NCBI GenBank assembly: GCA_951406725.2
Contig: OX597818.1
Coordinates: forward strand, 62,496,001 to 62,560,000
Origin: Octopus vulgaris
Lineage: Eukaryota
DNA length: 64,000 nt
Direction of reading: 5' to 3'
This document shows positions 11,592-24,659 of the stretch, one piece after another. How positions within the stretch are numbered: the stretch's first letter is position 1; each line of letters starts with the position of its first letter. The position numbers and the translations under genes were made by a program. The notes beneath the pieces were generated by a model. The model saw nothing but the letters and a program-made list of their open reading frames with translations, was not told the origin of the DNA and ran no database searches.

Positions 11592-11898
11592 AATCAAGGA
11601 ACGGCCATAATAGGCCATTCACCCACTAGAAATAACAGCCAAAAGCTTCAACCGCAAAATAACATCAATTCCGTAAACCAGGAGAAAATTAAAAAAACAT
11701 TTACCCTGTAATTTCTTATACGATGCACCGTTTCGTCTACTGTTTAATGGTAAACTAACCTGATTAAATTAAATCAAGCCAATCTACCATAGGCCCTTAG
11801 ATTCATCAATAAGAAATACCCAAGTCGGAACAGATATTTTTCACTAGGCCGCTGGTGGCAAAAGAATTCTACAAAATTTTTTTGCCACCCTATATTGA

Positions 11899-11900
<2 letters not shown>
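11590..11900 (-). mobile_element. (TA)n-flanked non-autonomous element carrying a hammerhead
   Basis: Unique insert of about 310 bp between two (TA)n tracts, with a terminal hairpin ggtggcaaaa/ttttgccacc and an HHR fold. Confidence 0.65.
11711..11817 (-). ncRNA. Type I hammerhead ribozyme fold with extended stem II
   Basis: Minus strand: stem I atttctta/taagaaat (8 bp); core TTGATGA; stem II tcta/taga plus a 19-bp distal helix; GAAA; stem III cggtgcatcg; cleavage triplet GTA. Confidence 0.75.
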
Positions 11901-11945
<45 letters not shown>

Positions 11946-12179
11946 CCTTAATGCTTGTAAAAAGGGATAAACATCCTTCTGTTGTACATACATTAACGTG
12001 ATATCGACTGAAGAAATGAATTCAAAAAGATTATCAACCCGATGCATACGGATCCTACGGATTGCATTTTAATCATCTCATCAATACGGAGTGTGATTTT
12101 AAGGGGCATGTGTTTCCTGGAAACGCGCTTAGCGATACATTCAATGGTTATAAATTCCGTCCAAGGATTATTGTTATTA

Positions 12180-12570
12180 CACACACACACACACACACAC
12201 ACACTTACACACACACACACACATACACACATACACACACACACACACACACAAAAACCAAACCTATATATTATATTATATACATTCGTTTAAGTGCGAC
12301 ACACGCACACACACACACACATATGTATTTATTTACGTATGGCATGTACGTATGCATGAATGTACGCATACATGTATGTAAATAAGTATGTATGTATGCA
12401 TGTATGTGTGCATGTATATATGTATGTATATATGTATGTATGTATGTATGTTTGTATGTATGTGTGTATGTATATATGTATGTATATATGTATGTATGCA
12501 TGTATGTATGTATGTATGTATGTATGTATGTGTGCGTATGTATGTATGTGTGCGTATGTATGTATGTAAT
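12180..12570. repeat. (CA)n and (TATG)n microsatellites
   Basis: Directly visible. Confidence 0.95.
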
Positions 12571-12957
12571 GAAGGTATGTATGGAATGAATGTGTCAATG
12601 TTTCAAGACATATATGGTTATATCTATGTACAAAAACAAAAGATAGGTGTAGTTGAGACAACGACAAAGGTGCATAAATTTGACATTCAGTTAAATTGGA
12701 AGAGTCCTTGATATTTTCCGCGTCCGCTTTTCTACAGAAAGGAATGAGGAAGGAAAACAGATGGAAAGAGGAGAAAAACGGAGAGAGAAAAAGAAAACGT
12801 GTTTGCATTAACAGTTGGACACACAGACACACATTCATACATAAACACACATACACACACAGAGTCACAAATGTGTGTGCGTGTGTATGATAGGATGTAC
12901 AGAGTATCATCGTTTGGATTCTCATTCGGTTGCCATGAAATACAGGATGAATAAAGG

Positions 12958-13343
12958 GGTGGCACTCCGTTGGTTACGACGACGAGGGTTCCAGCTGGTC
13001 TGATCAACGCAACGGCCTGCTCGTGATTTTAACGTGCAAGTGGTAGAGCACTCCACAGATACGTGTAGGCTTAACGTAGTTCTCGGGGAGATTCAGTGTA
13101 ACACAGAGTGTGACAGTGCTGGCCCCTTTTTGAAATACAGGTACAACAGAAACAGGAAGAAAGGGTAAGAAAAAAGTTGTGGTGAAAGAGTACAGCAGGG
13201 TTCACGACCACCCCCTGCCAGAAACTCGTAGAGCTTTAGGTGTTTTCGCGCAATAAACCCTCACAACACCCGGTCTGGTACTCGAAACCGCGATTCTACG
13301 ATCGCGGTTCCGCTGCTCTAACCACTGGGCAATTGCGCCTCCA
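12958..13343 (-). mobile_element. SINE family C
   Basis: Reverse complement is colinear with 7327-7708. Confidence 0.85.
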
Positions 13344-14321
13344 CGACAGAGTGAATAAAAAGGGCCTGGAAACTGACAATTTACTACGATTGACCAATCA
13401 ATTTCAGGGCCGTTCAAGAATTTGGACCTGGAGATCTCCATTTCCAGCGACTTCGAGGGCCACCTCTCAGTGGTGTCGGGCGTCAACGAAGAGCCCTCGA
13501 CTACAACAAGATGATCAAAGTTTTTTTTTTCCAAGGTCTGGGGTCTCCCGTCCCTAAGCCCTAGACAATCACCTAATCACCCTTACCCGTCTTGTTGCTT
13601 AACAACAACAACAACAACAACAACAACAATCAATTTCAGGGAATAGAAGGGAGTTATTTCTGTTTTCACATCGCCTTGTGTTGCTCATTAATTATTCCTC
13701 TTATATTGCTATTCTGAAATTTTTAATTTGCATTTATATTCGATTGATATCGATGCATCTTAATTCAATAAAAGCAACATAATTATGACTACATTACCAT
13801 TATCAAAGTATCTCTTCTCTATAACATTTTAATTTTTTTTTTTTTTTCGTTTTTGTATTCTATAGACTTAAAATTTTGCCAACTTTGCACTTATTACGTT
13901 TCGCATTATATTTCACTAAAAAACGATATTTTTGCGTTTTCAATAACAAAGTATGTGAAGTTTAATCCGATGATATTAGATTGTGAATTATATACGAAAT
14001 AGTTATTAATGTGATATATTATTTAGTAATTCAGGAAAGGAGCGGTATTGAGTTATGATGACAGTAAGTAGTTAAAATAAGTACTATGCGGTATTCATCG
14101 TGGTTATATCCTTCTGTTTTCTCAGAGTATAAATATGTACTTTGTCTTTTACTACTCGGGCCTTAATAGTTTATATCGCTGAGCAGTTAAATATGGCGCA
14201 TCGGTAGCCAATTTACCTCGTCTAAATCGGTTAACGTCTACCAAAGTTACAATTGAAAGCAGTTTTGAAGATAAACCTGATCGATTAATAAACAATCGAC
14301 AAAGCCGTTTTAATTGCACTG

Positions 14322-14364
<43 letters not shown>

Positions 14365-14394
14365 GTCTCGAATTAATATTATATATATGTATAC

Positions 14395-14614
14395 ACATAT
14401 TAGAGGGAAACCACTAGGTGGACACCTTTATGCTAGAAATAGATCCGCTATGGTCTTACCACTAAGAAATGTTCTCAAGAAAAATTTAGCAAAGCAACCA
14501 AAACGTAATCGTTGTTTTGCTAAATTTTTCTTGAGAACATTCCTTAGTGGTAAGACAATAGCGGATCTATTTCTAGCATAAGAGTGTCCACATAGTGGTT
14601 TCCCTCTAATATGT
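14395..14614. repeat. Near-perfect palindrome, 104-bp arms with a 12-nt spacer, in a TA-rich context
   Basis: 14395-14498 is the reverse complement of 14511-14614 with a few substitutions. Confidence 0.95.
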
Positions 14615-14715
14615 ATATAATACAATTTTACTGGTGTGAAATCGATGTTAATTAAATTAATATCTAATTTCTCACCCTCATTTTAAATTTGAATTTATAT
14701 ATATATATATATAAT

Positions 14716-14940
14716 ATTTTACTCTTTTACTTGTTTCAGTCATTTGACTGTGGCCATGTGGGAGCATCACCTTTACTTGAGCAAATCGATCCTAGGACTT
14801 ATTCCTTATAAGCCTAGTACTTATTCTATCGGTCACTTTTGCCGAACCGCTAAGTTACGGGGACCTAAACACACCAGCATCGGTTGTCAAGCGATGTTGG
14901 CGGACAAACACAGACAAACGTACAAATACACACGCACACA

Positions 14941-15005
<65 letters not shown>

Positions 15006-15180
15006 GCACATATATATGACGGGCTTCTTTCAGTTTCCGTCTCCCAAATCCACTTACAAGGCTTTGGTCGACCCGAGGCTATAGTAGAAGACACTTGCCC
15101 AAGGTGCTACGTAGTGGGACTGAACCAAAAACCATGTGGTTGATAAGCAAGCTACTTACTACACATGCACTCCTACGCCT
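14716..15180 (-). mobile_element. SINE family B
   Basis: Colinear with 7997-8424. Confidence 0.88.
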
Positions 15181-15182
15181 AT

Positions 15183-15258
<76 letters not shown>

Positions 15259-15983
15259 ATTCTATTTCTTACGTTACGTTCGTCCGATAGTCGGAAGACC
15301 CTTCCTGTTTGTTATTCCCTTGTGTCTGTATACGTACATTCGTTTGCTTTGTTCAGGGGTTTAATGCCTTCAGCTTAAGCTCTTGACCCAACTGGTTTCA
15401 AGTAGAATCAGAGAGATTTCGTGGAAAATACGTGGACATTCCCGACTCCGACTGAAGAAGAGATTGGCTGCGAATAATCCGTGTATCTTATTTTTTACCT
15501 GTTTGCCGTTGTACTATCGTTCTTTTCCTGCTTGCTATGCTTTGACGCTTTCCATTTGTTGTGTATTTTACCTTTGATTTACACACACACAGACACACAT
15601 ACATGTATGGTGAGGAAAACAGAAAAAATAGAACTCAAAATATGAATAAACTCTTTTATTCTTTCACTTATTCCAGTCATTACTTGTGTTTTAAACCCTG
15701 TCAGTCAGCAGCTGATCTTAAAAGTTATCTGAAAGTTCATCAGCGGAGTGATTGTGCTGTGTGATGGGGCGTGGTGTGTGTGTGTTGATGAGACAGCTAT
15801 CGTCTGTCAAAATGAAGCAATCATCATATACGTATGTATGTGTGTCATTATTCTGATTTATTTCAAGATTTTTTGCCAATAAAGAATCGGTTTTAACCTA
15901 GATCCAAAGTTCCTTCATTGGAATTTCGACATCAACAACAGGGTATTTTTGTATGTATGTATGTATGTATGTATGTATGTATG

Positions 15984-16014
<31 letters not shown>

Positions 16015-16082
16015 GTATGTATGTATGTATGTATGTATGCATGCATGCATGCATGCATATATGTATGTATATGCATGTATGT

Positions 16083-16245
16083 CAGGAAGGGCATCACTGG
16101 TACACTTCCAGATGGGAAGGGTCTTCCTATGATGTTGACATGCAGTGACTGTGCAAGACCCTGCTTCAGTAAAGCTGGACTCAAGAGTCATCTTCGTAGT
16201 CATAAAGCGAGACAGATGAGTGACAACCTGGCCACCATAATAATC
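16083..16245 (+). mobile_element. RTE-clade LINE 3' end fragment (C-terminal C2H2 zinc finger)
   Basis: TCSDCARPCFSKAGLKSHLRSH followed by a short tail ending in (taa)n; typical of RTE ORF C-termini. Confidence 0.65.
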
Positions 16246-16506
16246 ATATCTGTCGGACATGTGAAAGAGAGTGCAATTCGGCGGGATGACTTAAATGACA
16301 TGCAACGGTACATGAAGCCCAGTTACAACTACAGCCGGCTACTACAGGTAAAGGTTTTAGCTGCCAATTCTGTACAAGACATTGTAGATCTGTAGCTGGG
16401 CTAAAAAGTCACATTGGAACACAGCATCAATAACAGTTAAGCTTTGTGGAATGGCCATACTCGATAACGAGGGGGCAGCCATAATATATATATATATATA
16501 TATAAA

Positions 16507-16542
<36 letters not shown>

Positions 16543-16900
16543 AGTATGTATGAATGTATGTATGTATTTATGCATGTATGTATATGTATGTATGTATGTA
16601 TACTTATTTCTCTGTTTTGTTTTATGTATTCTCAAACATATAGTTGTATATCTAGACATGTTCATATATAATTAAATGATAAACTTTTTGAAAGTTTTAC
16701 AGATTTTTACAGTTCCAGGGATGGAATGGATTTGTAGTCTTCGAATTAGCTTTTCCCATTTTGGTTCTGAGAAGCCTAGTTTCTCAAGATTCACATTTTA
16801 GCAGTGTTACATATCCCAGGGCCCCATATAATTACAGGTATAAACCTGAAATTGTAATCTGGATAGAGTAATTGCAGACTTCCCAATAGTTCAGCGTGTG

Positions 16901-16934
<34 letters not shown>

Positions 16935-16940
16935 TGTATG

Positions 16941-16973
<33 letters not shown>

Positions 16974-17060
16974 TTGTAAACAAATCCAAAGGCGGTAAAT
17001 TACAGAGAGCAGCGGTTTAGTTTAGTTTAGTCGCTTTAAATGGAGCATATATTATTATCA

Positions 17061-17352
17061 GTGGCCTAGTGGTTAGAGCAGCGGACTCGCAGTCGAGGGA
17101 TCGTGGGTTCGAATCTCAGACCGGGCTATGTGTGTTTATGAGCGAAACACCTAAGCTCCACGCGGTTCCGGCAGCAGGTAATGGCGAACTTCTTACTGAC
17201 TCTTTCACCACAACTTTCTCTCACTCTTTCCTCTTGCATCTTGCAGCTCACCTGCGACGGACCGGCGTCCCGTCTAGGTGGGGAACCTATACGCCAAGGA
17301 AACCGGGAAACCGGCCCTTATGTGCCAGGCATGACTTGAGAAGGAACAAACA
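17061..17352 (+). mobile_element. SINE family C variant with 12-bp target-site duplication
   Basis: TSD atattattatca at 17049-17060 and 17353-17364; homologous to 59807-60100. Confidence 0.9.
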
Positions 17353-17399
17353 ATATTATTATCATAATAAATATATTGTTATAGTTATTATACTTTGGT

Positions 17400-18165
17400 A
17401 GGTTTCGGCCAGTATTGGCCCAGGCCATGTCTAACTTAATAGCACCTCCTGGTAAAGTGTTTTAAATCAGGAATCTGACAACATGGCCCACTCGAGGAGA
17501 GAATTATTGTTTACGGAGACATATCCGGGTGTATGAAGTTCATCCAGGATTTTTTGAAAGAATTTGTCCAAAGATTTCTTGAAATTTATGATGTCTGTTT
17601 CTGCTTTAATGTGTTTTGGTGTAATGTTAATTGAGGTGAAATAATTGTGCCGTATCGTTGTTATGAGATGTGAGTGTGATTTATGTTGTGGACGGATAGC
17701 ATAGGGCCCAAGTCTTGGGTGTAACTTAAAGGCGATATCAACATAATTAGGTAATGCTGATGGAATATTTTCCACACCATGCAGATAATATAGCGCTCAC
17801 GGCATCGTTGGAGAGAATAACGCTTGAGCTTTTCTAGGCGACCCGATTAGTCAGGGCCTGTCATGCCATCTATCTTTTTTGTAATTGACCTTTGAGTTTA
17901 CTTCAACTTTCATGATACTTTGCTTCGTGTGAGGAGACCACAGTGGACAACAGTATTCCATGTAGGGTCGGGCAAAAGTAGAGAAGAGAAGGACAATGGT
18001 GTGGATATCTCTCGACTGAAAAGTTCTGAGAATCCAAGAACACGTTTTGCGGGCCATGTCAACTTTGCTGTCTATATGAGCGGCCCAGTTTATGTTGTTG
18101 TCCACAATTACTCCCAGGTCTCTGATGTTGTTGGATGCCATGACAGTTTCACCCGAAGGAATTAT
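17400..18165 (-). pseudogene. CR1/L2-group LINE, 3' RT fragment
   Basis: IRDLGVIVDNNINWAAHI..WILRTF..ARPYMEYCCPLWSPH and ..DIINFKKSLDKF; frameshifted. Confidence 0.88.
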
Positions 18166-18224
18166 TGTTATTACATATATATATACATACATACATGCAT
18201 ACACACACACACAGACACACAGAG

Positions 18225-18269
<45 letters not shown>

Positions 18270-19204
18270 GCTGGCACAAATGACTAGTACCCGTAATTCA
18301 AACTGGTATTCGACTATCTGTGGAGTGCTCAGCCACTTGCACGTTAATTTCACGAGCAGGCTGCTCCGTTGATTGGATCAACTGGAATTCTCGTCTTTGT
18401 AACCGACGGAGTACCGGTTAACTATATATATATGCTTTCTAGTATATTCCATGAAGTCAATTTCGTTTTTATCATTCCATAGATATCTGATTCTTCTATG
18501 ATTTTGGTTATTTTTGATGTTTAATCTCTTAACTTTCAACTTAATTTCACGGTTATTCCCATAAAGATGTTAAATGTCTAAAAAAAAAAAAAAAACAGTA
18601 GAATTACCATTTTCTTCAAGTCACGTTGCTTCAATAAACTTCACATATCTCGACAAAAAATAGCTGCAAACATGATATTCTTCAACAAAAGTTACGTTAT
18701 TACATAAAACTGCTTTCAACAGGTAAGTGTAATGAAATTTCGAGCGGATATATCAGATTTTCCAAGTAAAAAAGGTTAATGAAGTCTTGTTTTCTATACA
18801 ACGTAAATATCGTTTAAGCGACTATTGGTGATTGCTGAGATAACAGAGAACACACAATTTTCTTTTTATTTATAAAAATGAATGAGTGAAATGTTTGGTT
18901 TCTAATTTTGGCATAAGACCAACAATTTTGGAGGAAAGGATAAGGGTTACATCCACCCAAGTGCTCTCCTGGTACTTGTTTTATCGACCTCGAAAGGATG
19001 TAAGACCAAGTCGATCTTGACAATATTTGAACTCAAAATGTAAAGATGGGAAAAATGACATCAAACAGTTTGTCCGGCATGCTAAGGGTTCTACCAGTGC
19101 CCCACACCATTGCATATTGAATACTGGTTTCAAATGTTGGCACCAAGCCAGCAATTTCGGGTGAGTGAGTATGTCGATTACATCGGCCGCAATGCCAATT
19201 AAGT

Positions 19205-19305
19205 CTTGTGAGTGGATTTGGTAGACGAAAACCGAAAAGAAGCCCGTCGTATATATATATATATATATATATACGACGGGCATCTATATATATATAAATT
19301 TGTGC

Positions 19306-19344
<39 letters not shown>

Positions 19345-19410
19345 CTCGACTAAAAGCGGTGTTCCAGCATGGCCGCAGTCAAATGATTGAAACAAGCAGA
19401 AGAATAAAAA
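19205..19410 (+). mobile_element. SINE family B, partial
   Basis: gtgagtggatttggtagacg..ccagcatggccgcagtcaaatga. Confidence 0.8.
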
Positions 19411-21529
19411 GTAAAAAAAAGAAAAGCAAAGAAAAATTACTACAGCTTTAACAGCAACAACAACAACAACAACAACAACCTCATCAACAGAAATACCGAC
19501 AACAACAACAATAATTACAACAGATTCAACGAAAAGCTTGGTAAATTTTTGTATATCCTGTGTTTAAGTTGCGAGTGAGTGAAAAGATCAGCGCATTTCT
19601 GTGTTGCCGAGGTCGGTCGATTTGGTCGAACAGAATTTGTCGATGGATGAAATATGATTTACTGCTGACATCGTTGTGTCACCTAGGCAGGGCCTTTGGA
19701 TTCGCATATTTCACATTCACGTCTACAACGTCTGTTAATTCTCATCCAGGCGTTGTTTATATCTGATGTTAGAACCTCATCGAATAAAAAACAGAGAGAG
19801 AGAGAAAATCAAAATCAAAACGAAACACATTTTTGCCGTTCGAATATAGAGAAGAAGGCTTCGCAAGTGAGAGCTGTCAAACGTTTCATCGTACTGAAAC
19901 GAATAATATAAATGACAGTTATATATTAGCAGGATTCATTCGACTGTATCCAGTCTCAGTGACAACAAACACGACCTTGTGTAGAGTCAATATACATTAT
20001 CGTAGTACAACTTTTCGCCGCTCTAGTATTACTGTTAGTAGCACTATTCCCTGTCGTATTTTCTTCTGAAATCTCCGTTATATTATTCACCGATTCACCA
20101 GACCATAGAATTAAATTATTTACTAAGCTACTTAATAACAAACCCATTTTCGTTTTGCGTTTACTTACATCTGCAATTTTTTTTTGTTTCTAATATTTGA
20201 GAGATTTTCATTGTAATATTTTCTCAATTCAGCGTGTGAGAGCATAACCAGTAGAGCATGGTGATTAAATACTCTCATGCAGTGTTCAGTTATGGTCCTT
20301 TGCAATCGTGGTTCAAGCCCAGTGAGAGTCGACATTACCAGTTGCCATTCTGTAGTCGCTAGAATAGATTCCAGTCATCTATCGATTCCTTTCAATGTTT
20401 CATTTGTTCCTACCAAACTTACCCAACAAATTTGTGGTTTTGTGCTAAATTGAGGATTCGCTGCTAAAAGAGTACTCTGGTAAAGCGAAACCAAACAGTT
20501 TCAATTCTCAGTTGAAGCTATTTAATTTTCCTTATAAGGTTAAAATCCTTGAAATGTAAGCAGCACTTCTTATTCCTTTGCGTCTTTTTTTCTCTACCCC
20601 GGGTGTAAAAGAACATACCCGAGGTAAAAGAAAAAAATACTGTGTAAAGTTTAACACTCTTGAGACAATAGAGTATAAAAATAGTTGCAAATTCATTTCT
20701 CATCTGTTTCCAATCGTAGGAACATCGGGATATGCCCATTTTTTCCCTTCCTCTATAGCAAAAGAGAGGAGCAGTATTCTTTTTTTTATATATATAACTT
20801 AGAAGAGAAAGGTTGCCATGCATTATTTTCAGAGTCCTCGGTAGAAGAATGTTTTCCTCTAACTGGTCACATGACACGATTGCTTCCCAAAGTGTTAACT
20901 CCGCTAGAGGGAAATCAAACATCAGTCTACGATCTTTAAACAGGGCGACATAATGTGTCTAAAGAAAAAAAGAACAGCTGTTAGAAATATGTAAAAAAAA
21001 CTACAAAGATGGAAGGTAAATTAGTTTGATTTGAAATGCAGATAGTAATTTCATTTTCCAAATATTGTCACTAACTCTCTTTATTATTTTTACTGATGTC
21101 CTTAAGAAAGATGTAACGTACACAACATCACATCTATAGGCAAACTTTTGTCTAAGATTAAATAGAAGTTATTATGCTAATTTATTTAAGTACGAGGAAC
21201 CGTTGGGATAGATAAAGGAATGCTCACCACACAACTCTGTTTCCACAAAACCTAAGACCGTTTTTTTTCTTCTAAAATCTGATTTATGTAACACCAAACG
21301 TTGTAAACAGACGCTTCATGTCTCGTTTGATTTCTCTGTTTTTGTTTGTCTGCTTTTTCGTTCATTCATTCCTTTTTCTATCTTTCTTTTTTCTTTCTTC
21401 TTCATTCTCTTCTCTGGTTTCTCCGTATTAAAGATATTTACAGTGTGTATTTCTGCTTCAGTCACTGGTAACATTCGCAGTCATACTTCCAAATTTTGAT
21501 CGACCAGCCAAGTTTAAGTAAAGTGGTTT

Positions 21530-22117
21530 CAGATTTTTGGAACGAGGCCGGCAACATTTTAGGAGTAGAGAGATAATCGATAACGTCGACGTCATTGCTC
21601 AACCGGTCCTTACTTTATCGAACCCTAAAGTGTGGCAGGCAACGTCGAACTGAGAACAGAAGAAACGCTGGTAAACATTTTGGGCGATGTGCAGACGATT
21701 CGTATTTCTTTATTGCCCACAAAAAGCTAAACATAGAGGGGACAAACAAGGACAGACACAGGGATTAAGTCGTTTACATAGACCCCAGTGCGTAATTCGT
21801 ACTGGATTTATCGACCCCGAAAGGATGAAAGGTAAAATCGACCTCGGCGGAATTTGAACTGAGAACGTAGCAGCAGACGTGATACCTATTTCTTTATTAC
21901 CCACAAGGGGCTAAACATAGAGGGGACAAACAAGGACAGACATAGGAATTAAGTCGATTACATCGACCCCAGTGCGTAACTGGTGCTTAATTTATCGATC
22001 CCGAAAGGATGAAAGGCAAAGTCGACCTCGGCGGAATTTGAACTCAGAACGTAGCGGCAGACGAGATACCTCTAAGCATTTCGCCCGGCGTGCTAATGAT
22101 TCTGCCAGCTCGCCGCC
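21530..22117 (-). mobile_element. SINE family A multimer
   Basis: Headed unit 21886-22117, headless unit 21703-21885, older copy to about 21530. Confidence 0.88.
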
Positions 22118-24659
22118 TTAAAGCCGCTACGATGTGTTTTGTCAGGACTTACAACAGGACAACTTCAGTTCATTTAGAATTCAAAGAATGAGAAAAAAAA
22201 TCAATCCCGATACTGTTTCCAATGAGGAATACCATTTCTGTAGACAATTTTCAAAGGTACATTTCTCCTTAATATTTATTTCTTCCAACTTACTATAAAT
22301 TTATCTTGATGATAAATGCAGTTAATATATTGAGGAGAACGATAGAATGGCAAGACATTAATGAGTTCGACAACATACATTGTGGTATCTTTTACCATCT
22401 GAATCTAATCCACATTCTGATTTCTGATGCTGCTGAGGCCAACTTTCATAAATCCAGCTTTGATAAACGGAACTAGTACCACTCAAGTGCTGAGATAGAC
22501 TCAATCGGCTATATTCACCCTTCAAATGTGAGGCATTGTCTCTCTGTCAGAAATCAATATTCATAGAAGCAAGCCTATCTTCAACCCAGTTCCCCAATAT
22601 ATTATCGATAGTCTATTAAAGCCGAAATGGTGAGAAACAAAACCAGTTTCTACAGAACCCGAACTAATGTTCTGCTATCGCTATTTTCTTTCAAAAGGAG
22701 GTAATCTTTCTGAAATTCTTCCAGCAGAAATAAATCATCATAAGTTGAGATTCAACCAGAATTTTCAATGGTATTCGGCCATACGCCAACATGTTGACAA
22801 TAAGTGATTGATTTTGTTAGATAATCGATTAGCAGGTCAGAAAGAGATGATTATAACCGAGGCTTTTTTTTATTTTATTTCTTTCCCGTGCTGCAATGCA
22901 CAAATCAGTGGAGGGGAGGGGGTGTCTGAACAATTAAAATATTGGTCTGAAATGCTGGTACGACGCCAGCAAGTTCCGGGAATATGGTAAGACGATTAAA
23001 CCGACCTCAGTACTCAACTGGTATTTCTTAATTCGACCTCAAAAGTTGAAAAGCAATGTCGACCTCAGCGGAATTTGAAACCAGAAAGTAAAGACGGATG
23101 AAATGCCACAAAGTATTTTGTCCGGTGTGCTGACGCTTCCACCACCGAATAACCAGAAATATTACACACAACTTATGTAAAACAATCATACAAGACAATA
23201 ATTTTAGCAAAAAAAAAATCGTCCTGCTCCTAATACAGATAACCTCATATAATTAGAGGGAGCCAATACGCAGTCACTTGTTCTCCTATGAATAACAGCC
23301 AAATAGCCCTCACATCAAAACTTACTGTCTAAAGGAAAGGAAGCGCACATTAAATGATGTAGTTCTAGATGTATTATGTCTAAGAAAAAGACATGATGAT
23401 CAAGGAGGGATTATTTTTGGTGGGAGCTATCGTTTCAACATCAACTTTTGCCATGAAACAAATTCCGTAAAATGAAATATAATCCTAACCGGCAAATAAC
23501 ACGGTTATTCCTGCCACAAACTATCATCAATAATTTTTTTCTTCCCAGAGCATTAAGTCTTTTTGTTTTAACTGGTTCTCCATCAGTTACGACGATGAGC
23601 GTTCCAGTTGATCCGATCAGCGGTACAGCCAGCTTGTGAAATTAACGTGCATGTGGTTGAATACTCCACAGACACGTGCCGGATTAAAAGTATTTCAGCA
23701 TTTCATTCGGCTCTTCACATTCTGAGTTGAAATTCCGTCGAGGTAAACTTTCTCTTTCCTCTCTTCGAGGTCGACCGAGCGCTGAGGTTAGTGTAATCGA
23801 CTGGCCCCTCCCCTCAAAATTGATGGTGTTGTGCCAGTGAGGCGCAGTGTGGTGAGTAGCTAGTTTACTTACCAACCACATGGTTTCGGGTTCAGCAGAA
23901 CACAGAATTTGATGAGGCTCTCCGTTTGAAATACAAGTACTTCACTTTTCATTTTTGTCAGCTGTATGATCTGGGCAATGTGAAATAATGTGTCTTGCTC
24001 GATGAGTAGAACGCACCAAACAGGATTCGAACCGACGGCCTCACAATCGCGAGCCGAATACCCCTACCCACAAAACCACGCCGCCAGAGATTTTACTACG
24101 TCATCCCAAGAAGGATATATCTCCTACACACGTCTAACAAACACAAACAGACGTAATGAAACCTAACTAACAACATTATAAATGACGTCTCTATCCTAAA
24201 TGGTGTTCCGTGTAGGTGTTGTATGAAGAAAGGCTGAAGAACCAAGGTGGTGCTCCAGTTGGGTCAACAAACAAAGGAAAGCCAGATAACGGAAGCACGT
24301 CACTACTGCGATTGCTGCAGCTATCGTTTCCCCCATTTTCAACTTACACCGTTCTGTTCATTCTATATTGCTGTTCCCACTCTCTCTTTTTCTAATACTC
24401 ACACATTCTCCGTCTCTTCACTCACGTTCTTTCTCTCTCTCTGTCATAGAGATTAATCGTTTCGCGTTTTATGTTCCTAAAATAACTTATTAATTAAAGC
24501 ATGTGTTGAATATATTAACTAACAATTAATTTCCATTCTTAGTATTTTGATTTACTGAAATTCTGTCTCGTTTGCAGCTCGGTCGGCTCCTGCTAAACAC
24601 AGACTCGATTAATTTATACGCTGCTCACACTCTCTTCTTCCTCTACATGCAGAGAATGT

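Noticed and set aside
13962-14010. Possible hammerhead ttaat-ccgatga..gaaa-tag-tt-attaa
   Set aside because: The stems are short and AT-only and stem II is unconvincing; expected by chance in AT-rich DNA.
16021-16395. Host C2H2 zinc-finger gene exon
   Set aside because: A single finger with no TGEKP linker; the ORF starts in a microsatellite and fits an RTE LINE C-terminus.
16810-16866. Half hammerhead agg-tataaa-cct-gaaa-ttgtaa-tc-tggata
   Set aside because: No CTGANGA at a compatible position.
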